Positions 1 to 10,151 of a DNA stretch of 64,000 nt are shown in pieces. The stretch is from Candidatus Iainarchaeum sp. (GTDB taxonomy: Archaea > Iainarchaeota > Iainarchaeia > Iainarchaeales > JACQJH01): positions 195,501-259,500 of the forward strand of contig JACQJH010000001.1 of the NCBI GenBank assembly GCA_016205145.1, in the 5' to 3' direction. The notes below the pieces were generated by a model. It saw nothing but the letters and a program-made list of their open reading frames with translations, made no database searches and had not been told where the DNA came from. The position numbers were made by a program, and so were the translations under genes. How positions within the stretch are numbered: position 1 is the first letter of the stretch; every line of letters begins with the position of its first letter.

Positions 1-193
1 ACCTTTCAGGGCTCTTCGAATATTCGACTATCTCGATTTTTTTTCCAAGCCTTTCGGAGAGCCTTTTCACGTTCTGGGCGCCCTTGCCGATTGCCCTGCC
101 CACATCTTTTCCCCAGACAAGGAAAGAGACAGTGGAACCGTCAACAATGCAGTCCCTTGCCCCGACACCCGAAATTTTTTCAAGCGCGTTCAT
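1..193 (-). CDS. nusA: NusA-like KH-domain transcription elongation factor, N-terminal part only (gene runs off the window start)
   Basis: Reverse-complement translation from an ATG at 193 gives MNALEKISGVGARDCIVDGSTVSFLVWGKDVGRAIGKGAQNVKRLSERLGKKIEIVEYS, typical of the archaeal NusA KH domain. Its position downstream of L30e matches the conserved rpo operon order. Confidence 0.6.
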   Translation of the reverse strand, partial: MNALEKISGVGARDCIVDGSTVSFLVWGKDVGRAIGKGAQNVKRLSERLGKKIEIVEYSKSPER

Positions 194-229
194 CAGCATT
201 ATCTCCTCTAAGCCAAGCTTCATCCAATG

Positions 230-538
230 TCACTTTGCAATTATGTCCAAGACCCTGCTCTTGCCCGTTTCTTCCACGGTGAGAGTTGAAATCACAAAAG
301 GCTTTCCGCAGACCGAACCGAGCGAAAGCCCCGTTCCTTCGAACTCGAAAACCGGGACGTTGCAGGTTTTTCCGAGATTCCGGATTTTTTCCTTGACCGT
401 CACGGGCGAGTCGAGGCTCACTACGACAAGCGCGCCTTTTCCGCCTAGCACGCTTTTCTCGCTCTGCCTCACGCCGAAAACAACCTTTCCGGTGTCCACG
501 GCCCTGCGTATTTCCCTTTTCGCGTCAACTTCTGCCAT
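230..538 (-). CDS. rpl30e: 50S ribosomal protein L30e
   Basis: 102-aa ORF (AEVDAKREIRRAVDTGKVVFGVRQSEKSVLGGKGALVVVS...). Conserved placement between rpoA'' and nusA in archaea. Confidence 0.85.
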   Translation of the reverse strand: MAEVDAKREIRRAVDTGKVVFGVRQSEKSVLGGKGALVVVSLDSPVTVKEKIRNLGKTCNVPVFEFEGTGLSLGSVCGKPFVISTLTVEETGKSRVLDIIAK

Positions 539-663
539 GCAGTATCACTGAACAAAATTGCACAGCCGGAACGAAAAAAACAGAAGGATTCAAAAGAAGC
601 GCCTTCTCATTTTTTACTCCAGCGCAATAAGACCTGTCCGGGCAAGCATTTTAAAAAGCAATC

Positions 664-774
664 CCCGGCGATTTCGTCCGCCGGGTTCGACGACGGGTAT
701 TCTTCGCAAACCATTGGTTTGCGACGTGCCCAGAATCTTCGGATTCTGGAGCATCGCTTCGCTCAATACCCCTC
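664..774 (+). repeat. Intergenic composite element: D/E hairpins with module B inserted in the second hairpin loop (L30e-rpoA'' spacer)
   Basis: CGGCGATTTCGTCCGCCG GGTTCGACGAC GGGTATTCTTCGC [AAACCATTGGTTTGCGACGTGCCCAGAATCTTCGGATTCTGGAGCATCGC] TTCGCTCAATACCC. The bracketed 50 nt are module B. Confidence 0.75.
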
Positions 775-794
775 TGTCCGCCTTTAAATCTCTT

Positions 795-2060
795 TCACTT
801 GCCCCCCTTCATCACCAATTCGACTATTCCCGTGCCGACTTTTATCGGCTGGCCGACGATTATGTTTTCAACGACGCCTTCAAGGTTTTCGACTTCGCCC
901 TTGAATGCCGCGTCAAGCAGATGCTTTATTGTTTCCTCGAACGCGGCTCTCGCGAACGGCGAGCTTTTCTCGCGCGTTATTCCCGTCCTGACTATGCCCT
1001 TGATGTCGCCGCTGTAAGTCATCATGTCCGCAAGCAAAATGATGTGCCTGACGTCGACGGCGATTCCGTTGTCGTCAAGCGTCTTCTTGAGTTCCTTGAC
1101 AATCATGGCTCTCGCAGCCTCTATTCCGAAAACCTTGCTGATTTCCATGACATCGTTTGTCGTGGTCCTCGCGGGATCGATTTCCTTGAGCTTCAAAACG
1201 CTTTTCATGTTGCTGCCGGAAGTCTTGATGACGAACTCGCCTTTTTCCTCGACAAGAAGCGTCTTTGTTATGCCCTTCACGCCCTGCACCCTTGAATTCA
1301 GCAGCTTCAGCAAGTGCTTCCTTATTTTCAGCAGGGATTCCTTTTTTGAAAACGAGAATTCGACGACGTTCTTGCGCTGCCTCGCCTCGCCAAGCTTTAG
1401 GCCGGTCTTGATTTTGTCGACAAGGTCTTTTTCGTCGACGTTTCTCGCCTCGGCCTTGGCTTCGTCGATTTCTATCTGCAGCACGTTGTTGGCAAAGTTT
1501 TCCTTCACGCTGACAACGTCGGAAATCCTGACGTCCAAGAGAGATTTGGCAAACTTGTCGGCTTCCTTGCCGTTTTTTCCAAGCCCGCCGTCCAGATAAA
1601 TCGTCATTGTCGGATACTTGGCTTTGCTCCTGCCGTCGACTATCTCTTCAACCCTCTGGATTCCCGAGCCGACTGAAACTTCCGCTGCGCCCGCATAGTG
1701 CTTTGTCCTCAAAGTAAGCTGGGTTGCCGGCTCGCCAAGCGACTGCGCGGCGACAATGCCGACAGCTTCGCCCGGTTCAACGACAAGGTTTTCATAGCGC
1801 TCCTTTATTTTTTCCGCCAGAATGCCCGCTTTTTCCCTGCTCATGTTCTTTTTTTCCGCAAACAAGACGATTTCGTCAAGCACTTTTTTCGGCAGTTCGA
1901 CTTTTTCCCAGGAGCGGAGCTCTATTTTCGGGATTTCACGGTCCTTCCTGCTTTTTTCCTCGGCCTCTTCGGCAACTTCTTCAGCTTCTTCTTCGGCCTC
2001 TTCGCTGTCCTCAAGGGCTTCGTCTTTTTTTTCCGGGGTTTTCTTTTTCTTTGCCGCCAT
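795..2060 (-). CDS. rpoA2: DNA-directed RNA polymerase subunit A'' (C-terminal part of the split largest subunit)
   Basis: 421 aa with an acidic/basic N-terminal tail, then motifs conserved in RpoA'' (VVEPGEAVGIVAAQSLGEPATQLTLRTKHYAGAAEVSVGSGIQRVEEIVDG). Confidence 0.9.
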   Translation of the reverse strand: MAAKKKKTPEKKDEALEDSEEAEEEAEEVAEEAEEKSRKDREIPKIELRSWEKVELPKKVLDEIVLFAEKKNMSREKAGILAEKIKERYENLVVEPGEAVGIVAAQSLGEPATQLTLRTKHYAGAAEVSVGSGIQRVEEIVDGRSKAKYPTMTIYLDGGLGKNGKEADKFAKSLLDVRISDVVSVKENFANNVLQIEIDEAKAEARNVDEKDLVDKIKTGLKLGEARQRKNVVEFSFSKKESLLKIRKHLLKLLNSRVQGVKGITKTLLVEEKGEFVIKTSGSNMKSVLKLKEIDPARTTTNDVMEISKVFGIEAARAMIVKELKKTLDDNGIAVDVRHIILLADMMTYSGDIKGIVRTGITREKSSPFARAAFEETIKHLLDAAFKGEVENLEGVVENIIVGQPIKVGTGIVELVMKGGK

Positions 2061-2069
2061 TTTTTCACA

Positions 2070-4682
2070 TCAGTTTTCGATTTTCTTTATTTCCTCTTCA
2101 ACGTCAATCGTCTTGCCCCTGCGGGTTTTGCGCGGGAACACTCCGTCCTCGCCGTAAACGAACTGCACGACATTCCTGTTGGCCGTCCTTACGGTTGCGT
2201 CGTTCCACACGGTCAGGTCCTTGAGGCTGTTGGCAAGGCGCCTGTACAGGTAGCCTGAAACCTTTGTCGAAACGCCCGTGTCGACTTCACCCTGCCTTCC
2301 GCCCATTGCGTGGTAGAAATATTCCTTCGGGTGCATTCCCTCGAGGAAATTCTGCTGGATGAAGCCGCCCGCCAGCGCTCCAACGTCGCCTTTCTTGTTG
2401 TGGGTTATGAGCCTTTTGTCAAAGCCCTTTTTCGGCCTTCCTTCCCTTACAGAGGCCTGGCCCCAGAAGCCTGAAATGTTCATGAGGTTCGTGCTCGAAC
2501 CGCGGCTGCCCGAAATTATCATCACGGTCGTGTTGAGTTTCGGGTTTTCCGTGAGAACATCCTGCTGGAGCTTTTCCTTCAAAATTTCCTTTTCGACCTT
2601 CGCCTTGACTTCCGAGCCCAGCCTCATCATGCTGATTTCAAAGCTCTCGTCCAGGGTCCTGCCCGGAATGATGTGCAGGGTTCCCTTATTGTACTTGTCG
2701 ACCAGCTCCCTGCCCTTTTCAAGCTCTTCCTGGATTGCCCTGTCCTTGGCCCTCTTTATGGTGTCGCTTACCTCGTATTCGTCCAGGCCGACTGTCATGC
2801 CCTTCTTTGTCAGCAGATCGCCTATGATGCGGCTGATCCTGTAATAGAATTCCTCAAGCACTTCGCTCGGATAATTCCTTGCCAGCGCATCCGCAATCCT
2901 TCCCCTGCCCTCGCCCAGGCCGGCTTCGTCTATGACACCGGAAACGAGCTTTCCGTTTTTTATGCGCACGAAAGCGTCAAACCTGTCATATTCTTCGACG
3001 GTCTTCTCCTTCACAAGGCCCGCGTCCTCAAGCAGCTTGCACATGTTCGACTTGAATTCGAGGTTCAAATCCTGCGGCAGCATCAATGAAAAGATCAGCT
3101 TTCCGGAATACCTTTTGCCTAAGTCGGGCTTGGGCATTTCAGTGAGGCCGATTTCGTAAAAGTATTTCATCGCCTCTTCCCTTGAAAACGTCGTCGATTT
3201 CATTGTGAGCGCGAACGCGCCTGAAATGCCGTCCTCGTCCATGATTATGACCGGTGCGCCGTACCTCGGCGAAACTATCTGGTCCCTGACAAGCATCAAT
3301 TGCCTTGCCTCGGTCTTGCCTTCCTCTGTCTGCGGCACATGCATGTTCATTTCGTCGCCGTCGAAGTCCGCGTTGTAAGGCTTGCAGACAATCGGATTGA
3401 TCCTGAACGTTCGGCCCGGCATTACCCTGACAAAGTGCGCCATCATTGAAAGCCTGTGCAGTGAGGGCTGCCTGTTGAACAAGACAATGTCGCCGTCCTG
3501 CAGCTTCCTTTCAACCCTGAAGCCGATGTCCAGTTCCGCAAGGATCTCTTCCTTCATTTCCTCGGAAACCTTCTTGCGCGTTCCGTTCGGCCTGATGATG
3601 TAGCTGATTTCGTCGCCGTGCTTTATCATCTTCTCGATTTCCTTCTTGTTGTATTCGGTAACCGCTTCCGGCACTGTAAGTTCGTCGGCGATTTCCTTCG
3701 GCACGCCGAGCTCGCTTATCTTGATGTAAGGGTCCGGCGTTATCGTCGAGCGCGCGGCAAAGTTGACGCGCTTTCCCGTCAAATTGTGGCGGAACCTTCC
3801 CTTCTTTCCCTTGAGCCTCTGAACAAGAGTGCGCAAGGCCCTTCCGCTTCTGTGCTTTGCCGGCGGCACGCCCGCCGTTTCATTGTCAAAATAAGTGGTA
3901 ACGTGGTATTGCAGCAGGTCCCACAAATCCTCGATTATGAGCTGCGGCGCGCCCGCATCGATGTTGTCCTTCAATCTCAGATTTATCCTGATGATGTCGA
4001 CAAGCTTGTGCGTCAGGTCGTCCTCGGACTTTATGCCCGACTCGAGTGTTATGGACGGCCTGATTGTTATCGGCGGAACCGGAAGAACCGTTATTATGAA
4101 CCATTCCGGCTTGATTATTTCCGGATTGTAGCCGAAAAGCTTAAGGTCATCGACTGAAATCTTTTCAACCCATTCCCTTATCTGAGTGGGATAGATGCGG
4201 TCCTTGTCCAAATAGAAGTTTGTCGGCTTGTCCAGTGAAACCGCGCCCCTGTCAGCATTGCAGTGCGGGCATTTCCTTGACTTCTTCGCTTTCGCAACAA
4301 CTGTCTTGCTCAAATCCTTTCCGGGCACGTGGCCGTCGCGCACTTCCTTGAGCTTGTCGTCCTTGATTGAAATTTTGCCGCAGCTCTGGCAGGTCGCGTT
4401 CATCAGACTTTCAAGCTTCCTTCCGAATTCGGGATGGATTATCGGCCTGACAAGCTCCATGCTGCCGAAGTGGCCGGGGCACTGCTTCATTTTCTGGCCG
4501 CATGTCTTGCACCTAAGGCCCGGGTTTATGACTCCGAGATGCGGGTCCATGAGGCCGCCTTCCATCGGATAACCGTCCTTGTCGTACGTTTCCGGAGTCT
4601 TGATTTCAATCGCAGACATTTTCCTTATCTGCGAAGGGTTCAGCATAAGAAACTGCACGCTTTCAATCCTTTTTGCCAGCAT
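2070..4682 (-). CDS. rpoA1: DNA-directed RNA polymerase subunit A'
   Basis: 870 aa containing the zinc-binding N-terminus (CKTCGQKMKQCPGHFG), the NADFDGDEMN catalytic motif and other Rpb1-like blocks. Confidence 0.95.
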   Translation of the reverse strand: MLAKRIESVQFLMLNPSQIRKMSAIEIKTPETYDKDGYPMEGGLMDPHLGVINPGLRCKTCGQKMKQCPGHFGSMELVRPIIHPEFGRKLESLMNATCQSCGKISIKDDKLKEVRDGHVPGKDLSKTVVAKAKKSRKCPHCNADRGAVSLDKPTNFYLDKDRIYPTQIREWVEKISVDDLKLFGYNPEIIKPEWFIITVLPVPPITIRPSITLESGIKSEDDLTHKLVDIIRINLRLKDNIDAGAPQLIIEDLWDLLQYHVTTYFDNETAGVPPAKHRSGRALRTLVQRLKGKKGRFRHNLTGKRVNFAARSTITPDPYIKISELGVPKEIADELTVPEAVTEYNKKEIEKMIKHGDEISYIIRPNGTRKKVSEEMKEEILAELDIGFRVERKLQDGDIVLFNRQPSLHRLSMMAHFVRVMPGRTFRINPIVCKPYNADFDGDEMNMHVPQTEEGKTEARQLMLVRDQIVSPRYGAPVIIMDEDGISGAFALTMKSTTFSREEAMKYFYEIGLTEMPKPDLGKRYSGKLIFSLMLPQDLNLEFKSNMCKLLEDAGLVKEKTVEEYDRFDAFVRIKNGKLVSGVIDEAGLGEGRGRIADALARNYPSEVLEEFYYRISRIIGDLLTKKGMTVGLDEYEVSDTIKRAKDRAIQEELEKGRELVDKYNKGTLHIIPGRTLDESFEISMMRLGSEVKAKVEKEILKEKLQQDVLTENPKLNTTVMIISGSRGSSTNLMNISGFWGQASVREGRPKKGFDKRLITHNKKGDVGALAGGFIQQNFLEGMHPKEYFYHAMGGRQGEVDTGVSTKVSGYLYRRLANSLKDLTVWNDATVRTANRNVVQFVYGEDGVFPRKTRRGKTIDVEEEIKKIEN

Positions 4683-4749
4683 TCCATTCCACCTTTTCGT
4701 CCAGCCAGTCTTTCATTTCTACGGTTGTTCGGCCTTCAATCCCGAATCC

Positions 4750-6567
4750 TCAAACCTTGTCCTTTATGATGAGCTTGGGGAAAACTCCCAAAGCCTTCAG
4801 CTCGTCAAGCAATAATTTGAAACTGTAACTCATTTCAATCGGATAAATGCGCGCGCTGTCGCACAAAGGGCAGAAACGCTTGTTCCTGATGACGTCGTTG
4901 ACTGCCAGCACGCCGCACCTTTCGCAGACGTATTCGACGGTCTTGTCCGAGCTTTCAATGAGCTTTTCCTGCAGCAGCATGGCCGCGCCATGCCCAACCA
5001 GTGTTTCGGCTTCCATTTCGCCGAAGCGCAGGCCGCCTTCCTTCTCTTTCCCTTCTGTCGGCTGCCTTGTCAGAATCTGCACTGGCCCGCGCGACCTGGA
5101 CTGCATCTTGTGCGCGACCATGTGGAACAGCCTCCTGTAACCGCATACGCCCACAAAAATTTCGCCTTCAAGCCTTTCGCCTGAAACCCCGTCGTAAAAC
5201 ACTTCCTTGCCGTCGCTCCTGAAACCGTAATCCGACAGCATTCCTTCAAGCGCTTCCAAAGGGGTTTCATTGAACGCAGTGCCATCAATCGCTTTCGACT
5301 TCAATGAGCCGGCCTTGCCTGCAATCATTTCCAGCAAATGCCCGATCGTCATCCTTGAAGGAATCGAATGCGGGTTAATTATCAGATCCGGCTTTATGCC
5401 TTCGGCAGTGAACGGCATGTCTGCTTCAGGTATGACCCCGCCGATGACGCCTTTCTGGCCGTGCCTGCTTGAAAACTTGTCACCGCGCTCCGGAGACATT
5501 TCGGTCCTCACCTTGACCTTGATCAATTTGTTGCCGTCCTCGCTTTCAGTCACGATAACTTTGTCAACATATCCCGGCTTGCCCTTGCGCGTTATCACGG
5601 AGCTTTCCCTTCTCTTTTCCTTGACAACGCCGAACTCGGATATTTCCTCCAAAAACCTTGGAGGCGAGGTTCTTCCGACGATTATTTCCTTTTCCTTGAC
5701 TTCTGCCTCAACTCTCACAAGGCCGTCCTCTCCAAGATTCTTGTAGGCATCCTCTCCAAGATAGCCTTCGACGTCTTCCGCCGGAATCTCAAGCTTGTCC
5801 TTCTGCCCGCCCGGATACCTGTTCTCGGTTCCGTCGTACGTCCTGTAATATGCGGCCCTTCCGAGGCCCCTTTCAACCGAGCCCTCGTTCAGCACAAGAG
5901 CGTCCAAGACATTGAAACTGTAAAACGGCATGATCGCAACGACAAAGTTCTGGTTCTGCGGCCTCTTGTCCACGCCGATGAAATCCATGACTTTCGTTTT
6001 CACAAGATGCGACTGAGGATAGTAAAGCAAAAAGCCCTCGGTGTCCGTGCGCAAATTCATGTTGATTGCCGGAATGCCAAGCGCCTGCTTGAACATTTTT
6101 GCGCCGTGCAATGCCTTGCCCGCCATGTTATGCGTAAGGTACGGGATCATGGAAGTGATGAGCGAAAAAACCGCGGAAGCGTCAATCTCAAGATGCGTGT
6201 GCTCGTTCGAAAGCTCGTCCTCGGAAACCGCGACAAAAGCGTTTTCCTCCTCTTCGGAGTCAAGGTACTCTATTATGCCCTTGCTTATCAGGTCGTTCCA
6301 CGAAAACTTGCCTTCCTTCGCCATGCGCACGTGCTCGTCCGTCAGCAACGGCCTGCCGTTCTCAACAATAATGAGGGGCCTCTGCACCCTTCCGGAATCG
6401 GTGTTGATGTAAACCTCGTTCGTCTGCCTGTTCAAGGCAACATTCACGAGATGCGAGATTTTTCCGGAACGCCTCGACTTTATGAGCTCCTGCGTCAGTT
6501 TCTCAGGGCTCTCATGGAAACCAATGAGCCTTCCGTTGATGTAAACCTTTCCGATTTCCGCCATCAT
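4750..6567 (-). CDS. rpoB1: DNA-directed RNA polymerase subunit B' (C-terminal half of split subunit B)
   Basis: 605 aa with Rpb2 C-terminal motifs (GQKGVIG, SRMTIGHLLE, zinc ribbon CERCG...CPLC). Confidence 0.9.
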   Translation of the reverse strand: MMAEIGKVYINGRLIGFHESPEKLTQELIKSRRSGKISHLVNVALNRQTNEVYINTDSGRVQRPLIIVENGRPLLTDEHVRMAKEGKFSWNDLISKGIIEYLDSEEEENAFVAVSEDELSNEHTHLEIDASAVFSLITSMIPYLTHNMAGKALHGAKMFKQALGIPAINMNLRTDTEGFLLYYPQSHLVKTKVMDFIGVDKRPQNQNFVVAIMPFYSFNVLDALVLNEGSVERGLGRAAYYRTYDGTENRYPGGQKDKLEIPAEDVEGYLGEDAYKNLGEDGLVRVEAEVKEKEIIVGRTSPPRFLEEISEFGVVKEKRRESSVITRKGKPGYVDKVIVTESEDGNKLIKVKVRTEMSPERGDKFSSRHGQKGVIGGVIPEADMPFTAEGIKPDLIINPHSIPSRMTIGHLLEMIAGKAGSLKSKAIDGTAFNETPLEALEGMLSDYGFRSDGKEVFYDGVSGERLEGEIFVGVCGYRRLFHMVAHKMQSRSRGPVQILTRQPTEGKEKEGGLRFGEMEAETLVGHGAAMLLQEKLIESSDKTVEYVCERCGVLAVNDVIRNKRFCPLCDSARIYPIEMSYSFKLLLDELKALGVFPKLIIKDKV

Positions 6568-6604
6568 TCACACCTTTTTTGCCCCATTTCCCCTTTGCAA
6601 AAAT

Positions 6605-8071
6605 TCACAGCTTTTTCAGCTTGACGCCTCTGCCGTACAGGAACTCTTCAATCGGCTTTTCGTCAGTCTCGGTCGTGACTTCAACCATCAGCGAGAGGTT
6701 CTTCACCAAACCGCATTGAGGGCCGTCCGGCGTCTCAATGCCGTCAAGCCTGCCCCAGTGCGTGCCATGCACGTCGCGCGCTTCATACAGTTCGCGGTTC
6801 TTGTTCAGGGGACTCTTGACTTTCCTCAAATCCGTGAGAGGCGACAGGAAGTTGACCCTGTCCATGAACTTTGAAACGCCCGTCGACCTGCCGATCCAGT
6901 TGCCCGTCGACATGGCAAACCTGACGCGCTCTGTCACTGCGCCCGGCCTGACAATCGTTGAAATGTTGAGTTTCCTTCTCCTTGTAATAGTGCGGTCGAT
7001 CTGGAACCTCAAATCCTTTATGAAATACTTGAAAGAATACCTGAACAAATGTTCCATGAGCTTGCCCGACAATTCAAGGCGCTTGTTGGCATAATGGTCC
7101 TTGTCGTCCTCGCCGCGCAAATTGTAAGTCCTTTCAACTGCTTTTTCGGCCATCATGACAAGGTAATAAGCTTTCGCAAGCCTCGACTCCTTTGCCTGCC
7201 CGATGTGCGGCAAAAGGAAAGCGTCGATGACTTCCTGCGCCCTCTTCAGCCTGTAATCGATGACCTGTCCGGGCGCGACATACTTTCCGATCTTGTCCAA
7301 AGCCTCTTTCTCGTCGGTTATCTCGCAGTTCTCAAGGTTCAACAGCACGTCGTTCTGGATTTCAACGCCGTCGGAGAACGCGCTTGAAATTTCCTTGTCG
7401 GACTTGAGGCCAAGCGCCCTCAAAAGCACGAACAGCTTCAGCTTCCTCGGCGAAGCGGGGAATGTTACTGACAGCAACCCATCAGGTTTCCTTGAAATCC
7501 TGACCCTGCCCTTGAACGCCCCCTTCGTCGAAATGACTTCCGAAATGACGCCTTTCACGCTTTCGGATATCATGACCCTGTCTGACGCGAGCACTTCCTG
7601 CGTCATCAAAGCCTTCTCGGAACCGTTGATGATGAAATAGCCGCCGAAATCCATGGGGTCCTCGCCCATTTCAACCAATTCATCCTCGCTCTTGTCCTTG
7701 AGCCAGCAGAGGTTCGACTTCAACATTATCGGCATTTCGCCGATGTAAGTGCGCTTGACATCCTGTTCAACGTCCCTTCTGAGCAGCCTCATTGTAATGT
7801 ACAGCGGACCGGAATAGGTGCGGTTCCTGATCCTGGCCTCCATTGGATAAAATTGCAGTCTCGGGCTTCCGTCAGCTTCGACTATGCGCGGCTTCAAGAC
7901 TTCTATGTCCGACAATTCGATTTTGACTTCCTCTATCTTCGGGATGATTTCGCCGTTTTCCGACACGATTTCCGGAAGCTTCTTTTCAATGAACTGGTTG
8001 AAAGAGTCGACTTCCATCTTGGCGATGCTTCTGTTCAGAAAATAAGAGTCGATTAGGGGCCATTTATCCAT
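6605..8071 (-). CDS. rpoB2: DNA-directed RNA polymerase subunit B'' (N-terminal half of split subunit B)
   Basis: 488 aa with an Rpb2 N-terminal (protrusion/lobe) sequence. Lies immediately upstream of rpoB' in the operon. Confidence 0.9.
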   Translation of the reverse strand: MDKWPLIDSYFLNRSIAKMEVDSFNQFIEKKLPEIVSENGEIIPKIEEVKIELSDIEVLKPRIVEADGSPRLQFYPMEARIRNRTYSGPLYITMRLLRRDVEQDVKRTYIGEMPIMLKSNLCWLKDKSEDELVEMGEDPMDFGGYFIINGSEKALMTQEVLASDRVMISESVKGVISEVISTKGAFKGRVRISRKPDGLLSVTFPASPRKLKLFVLLRALGLKSDKEISSAFSDGVEIQNDVLLNLENCEITDEKEALDKIGKYVAPGQVIDYRLKRAQEVIDAFLLPHIGQAKESRLAKAYYLVMMAEKAVERTYNLRGEDDKDHYANKRLELSGKLMEHLFRYSFKYFIKDLRFQIDRTITRRRKLNISTIVRPGAVTERVRFAMSTGNWIGRSTGVSKFMDRVNFLSPLTDLRKVKSPLNKNRELYEARDVHGTHWGRLDGIETPDGPQCGLVKNLSLMVEVTTETDEKPIEEFLYGRGVKLKKL

Positions 8072-8194
8072 GATTCACACCATTCACAACTGAAACACTT
8101 TTTTTTCCGCAATCGCGGCTGCTTTTTTTATGGCTTGTTTTTTTTATGGTTTTATGGTAATGGCCGCCCAAACGTGCCGGCGGCTGAAATGCGG

Positions 8195-8425
8195 TCAAAC
8201 AACTTTCCTGTAATAAACCGCCTGTCCCGCGGTCGGGGAATTCCTTATTATCTTGATAATGTCGCCCTTTCTGGGCTTGAGGTTTTTCACTGCCGGATCG
8301 GTTTTGCTGATCTGCGGCAGGTTTTCGGCCTGGGTTCCGAGCCTGGCAAGCAGCCTGTCCACGTCTTCCGCAGGCAGGATGAAGTGTTCCGGAACCAGAA
8401 AATGTCTTACAGGCTCAAATGACAA
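8195..8425 (-). CDS. rpoH: DNA-directed RNA polymerase subunit H (Rpb5-like)
   Basis: The C-terminal 70 aa of the track ORF 8195..8539 (VRHFLVPEHFILPAEDVDRLLARLGTQAENLPQISKTDPAVKNLKPRKGDIIKIIRNSPTAGQAVYYRKVV) match RpoH. The upstream 40 codons are non-homologous read-through. The likely true start is the TTG at 8425. Confidence 0.75.
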   Translation of the reverse strand: MSFEPVRHFLVPEHFILPAEDVDRLLARLGTQAENLPQISKTDPAVKNLKPRKGDIIKIIRNSPTAGQAVYYRKVV

Positions 8426-8639
8426 TTGGTTTCCCCCCGGGAAAAGCGGCCTTTTTTCGCTGCAGGGAATTGGGCGCGCTTTTGGCTGGCAATCAATGCA
8501 CTGCACCAAAAACGGTTGTGTCCAAACCTGAAACCCCAAGCAAGCGGAAAAAAATCGCCACGTATAAGTATATGTGCGAGAATTTTACTTATTTACAGAC
8601 GGAAAGAAATAAAAAGGTTTGTAAATTGGTTTGTCTTAT

Positions 8640-9740
8640 ATGGCATTGGACGCTTTTGCGGTGCTTTTGCAGTTTTCCTCCGGTTTCTTCAGCCGGGAGT
8701 ATTTCGGCAATGCGATTTCCCAGTACGTTGTCTTCCTGGCAATAGTCGGAATCTCGGTCCTTGTGGCGAAGGCCGCCGATTACCTGATCAAAAACTGGTT
8801 CCGCAGGCTTGCCGACAAAAGCTCGAACAAGTTCGACGATCTTGTTCTCGACGTCATTGAAAAGCCGCTTGTGCTGGCGATAGTCATTGCGGGCATTTTC
8901 ATCGGCTACCATTTCCTTTCGTTTCCAGACGCGATTGACGGCATTTTCCGGAACATAATCCAGATTCTTTACATCCTCGTCGGCGCATGGCTTGCCATGC
9001 GGTTTGTCGACGCGCTCATAAAGGAATACCTCGAGCCGCTTTCCGCCAAAACAGAGTCAAAGCTTGACGACCAGCTCATCCCGATTCTGCGCAAGGTCGT
9101 CAAGGCGGCAATACTGACAATCGCGTTCATAATCATCCTGAGCAATTTCGGTTACGATGTCACCGCGCTCATAGCCGGCCTTGGAATAGGCGGCCTGGCA
9201 GTCGCGTTTGCCGCGCAGGCGACCATTGCCGATGCTTTCGGCGGCCTGTCCATTTTCACGTCAAAGCCGTTCCTTGTCGGAGACATAGTGAAAACTCCCG
9301 ATGCGTTCGGCACAGTGGAGGAAGTCGGCCTGAGGTACACGCGCATCAGGACATTCGACAAGAGGATTGTGGTGGTTCCGAACAGCAAGGTCGCAGGCGG
9401 GGTCATTGAAAACGTTTCCTCCGAGCCGGCCCGCAGGATACAGCTGCACCTCGGCCTGACTTACGCGACGCCGGCAAAAAAAATCAGGCAGGCAAAGGAA
9501 ATAATACTCAAAATAATCAAAAGCAACCCCGGCTGTTCAAAAGGCGCGGAACTTGCGCCGCAAGTCACATTCTCGGAATTCAAGGACTACAGTCTTGACC
9601 TCTGGGCAATCTATTTTGTTGACAAGGACAACTGGATTGAAGTGCAGGGCCAGGTCAACGAGGCGATAAGGGAAGAGTTCGAAGATGCGAAAATCGAGTT
9701 CGCGTTCCCGACTCAGACAATCCACTTGGCGAAAAAGTAG
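8640..9740 (+). CDS. mscS: Small-conductance mechanosensitive channel (MscS family)
   Basis: N-terminal TM helices followed by the MscS beta-domain signature (FLVGDIVKTPDAFGTVEEVGLRYTRIRTFDKRIVVVPNSKVAGGVIEN). Start is the ATG at 8640, or the TTG at 8631 used by the track. Confidence 0.85.
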   Translation: MALDAFAVLLQFSSGFFSREYFGNAISQYVVFLAIVGISVLVAKAADYLIKNWFRRLADKSSNKFDDLVLDVIEKPLVLAIVIAGIFIGYHFLSFPDAIDGIFRNIIQILYILVGAWLAMRFVDALIKEYLEPLSAKTESKLDDQLIPILRKVVKAAILTIAFIIILSNFGYDVTALIAGLGIGGLAVAFAAQATIADAFGGLSIFTSKPFLVGDIVKTPDAFGTVEEVGLRYTRIRTFDKRIVVVPNSKVAGGVIENVSSEPARRIQLHLGLTYATPAKKIRQAKEIILKIIKSNPGCSKGAELAPQVTFSEFKDYSLDLWAIYFVDKDNWIEVQGQVNEAIREEFEDAKIEFAFPTQTIHLAKK

Positions 9741-9742
9741 TG

Positions 9743-10045
9743 CTATTTTTTCGCGGCCCTTTTTCTTTTGAATGAGCGATAGTCAGCAGCTTCCTTAATG
9801 TGGGAAATCAAATAAGCATTTTTGCCTATTTTTTTATAGCTTTTTTCTTGTGCTTCCTTGAATTTTACTATAACAAAAAGCAGTAATGTTGCAGCGAGGA
9901 TAGTCAACCAGACATGTACTGAATTGGTACTATAATAGCGATTTGGGTCTGCTATAATTTGATTCAAATTTAATTCCCATAAATAATTAGCAACAATGTT
10001 CGTTAAGATGCCAACACTAACGCCAATAATAAAAATGTTCCTCAT
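9743..10045 (-). CDS. Small hypothetical membrane protein (AT-rich segment)
   Basis: 100-aa ORF with two predicted TM helices and a basic C-terminus. The local GC is clearly lower than its surroundings. Confidence 0.4.
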   Translation of the reverse strand: MRNIFIIGVSVGILTNIVANYLWELNLNQIIADPNRYYSTNSVHVWLTILAATLLLFVIVKFKEAQEKSYKKIGKNAYLISHIKEAADYRSFKRKRAAKK

Positions 10046-10151
10046 TTTTATTTGAGGCTCTTCGCTTTGGTTGTTTTTTCCAATTCTTTAATCAACTTTT
10101 TTTCTTCTCGTGTTAGATTCTGGTCACCAAAGTCAGAATTTTTGCCTATGC

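Noticed and set aside
558-1295. 245-aa ORF on the plus strand across the L30e-rpoA'' region, and similar long plus-strand ORFs at 1024..1599, 1698..2258, 3618..4157 and 6007..6624
   Set aside because: They are antisense to strongly supported rpo genes and have no motifs. These are typical shadow ORFs in GC-rich coding DNA.
8419-8860. Plus-strand ORFs 8419..8745 and 8426..8860 in the rpoH-mscS intergenic region
   Set aside because: They overlap the divergent promoter region and the 5' end of mscS in other frames, and have no motifs.
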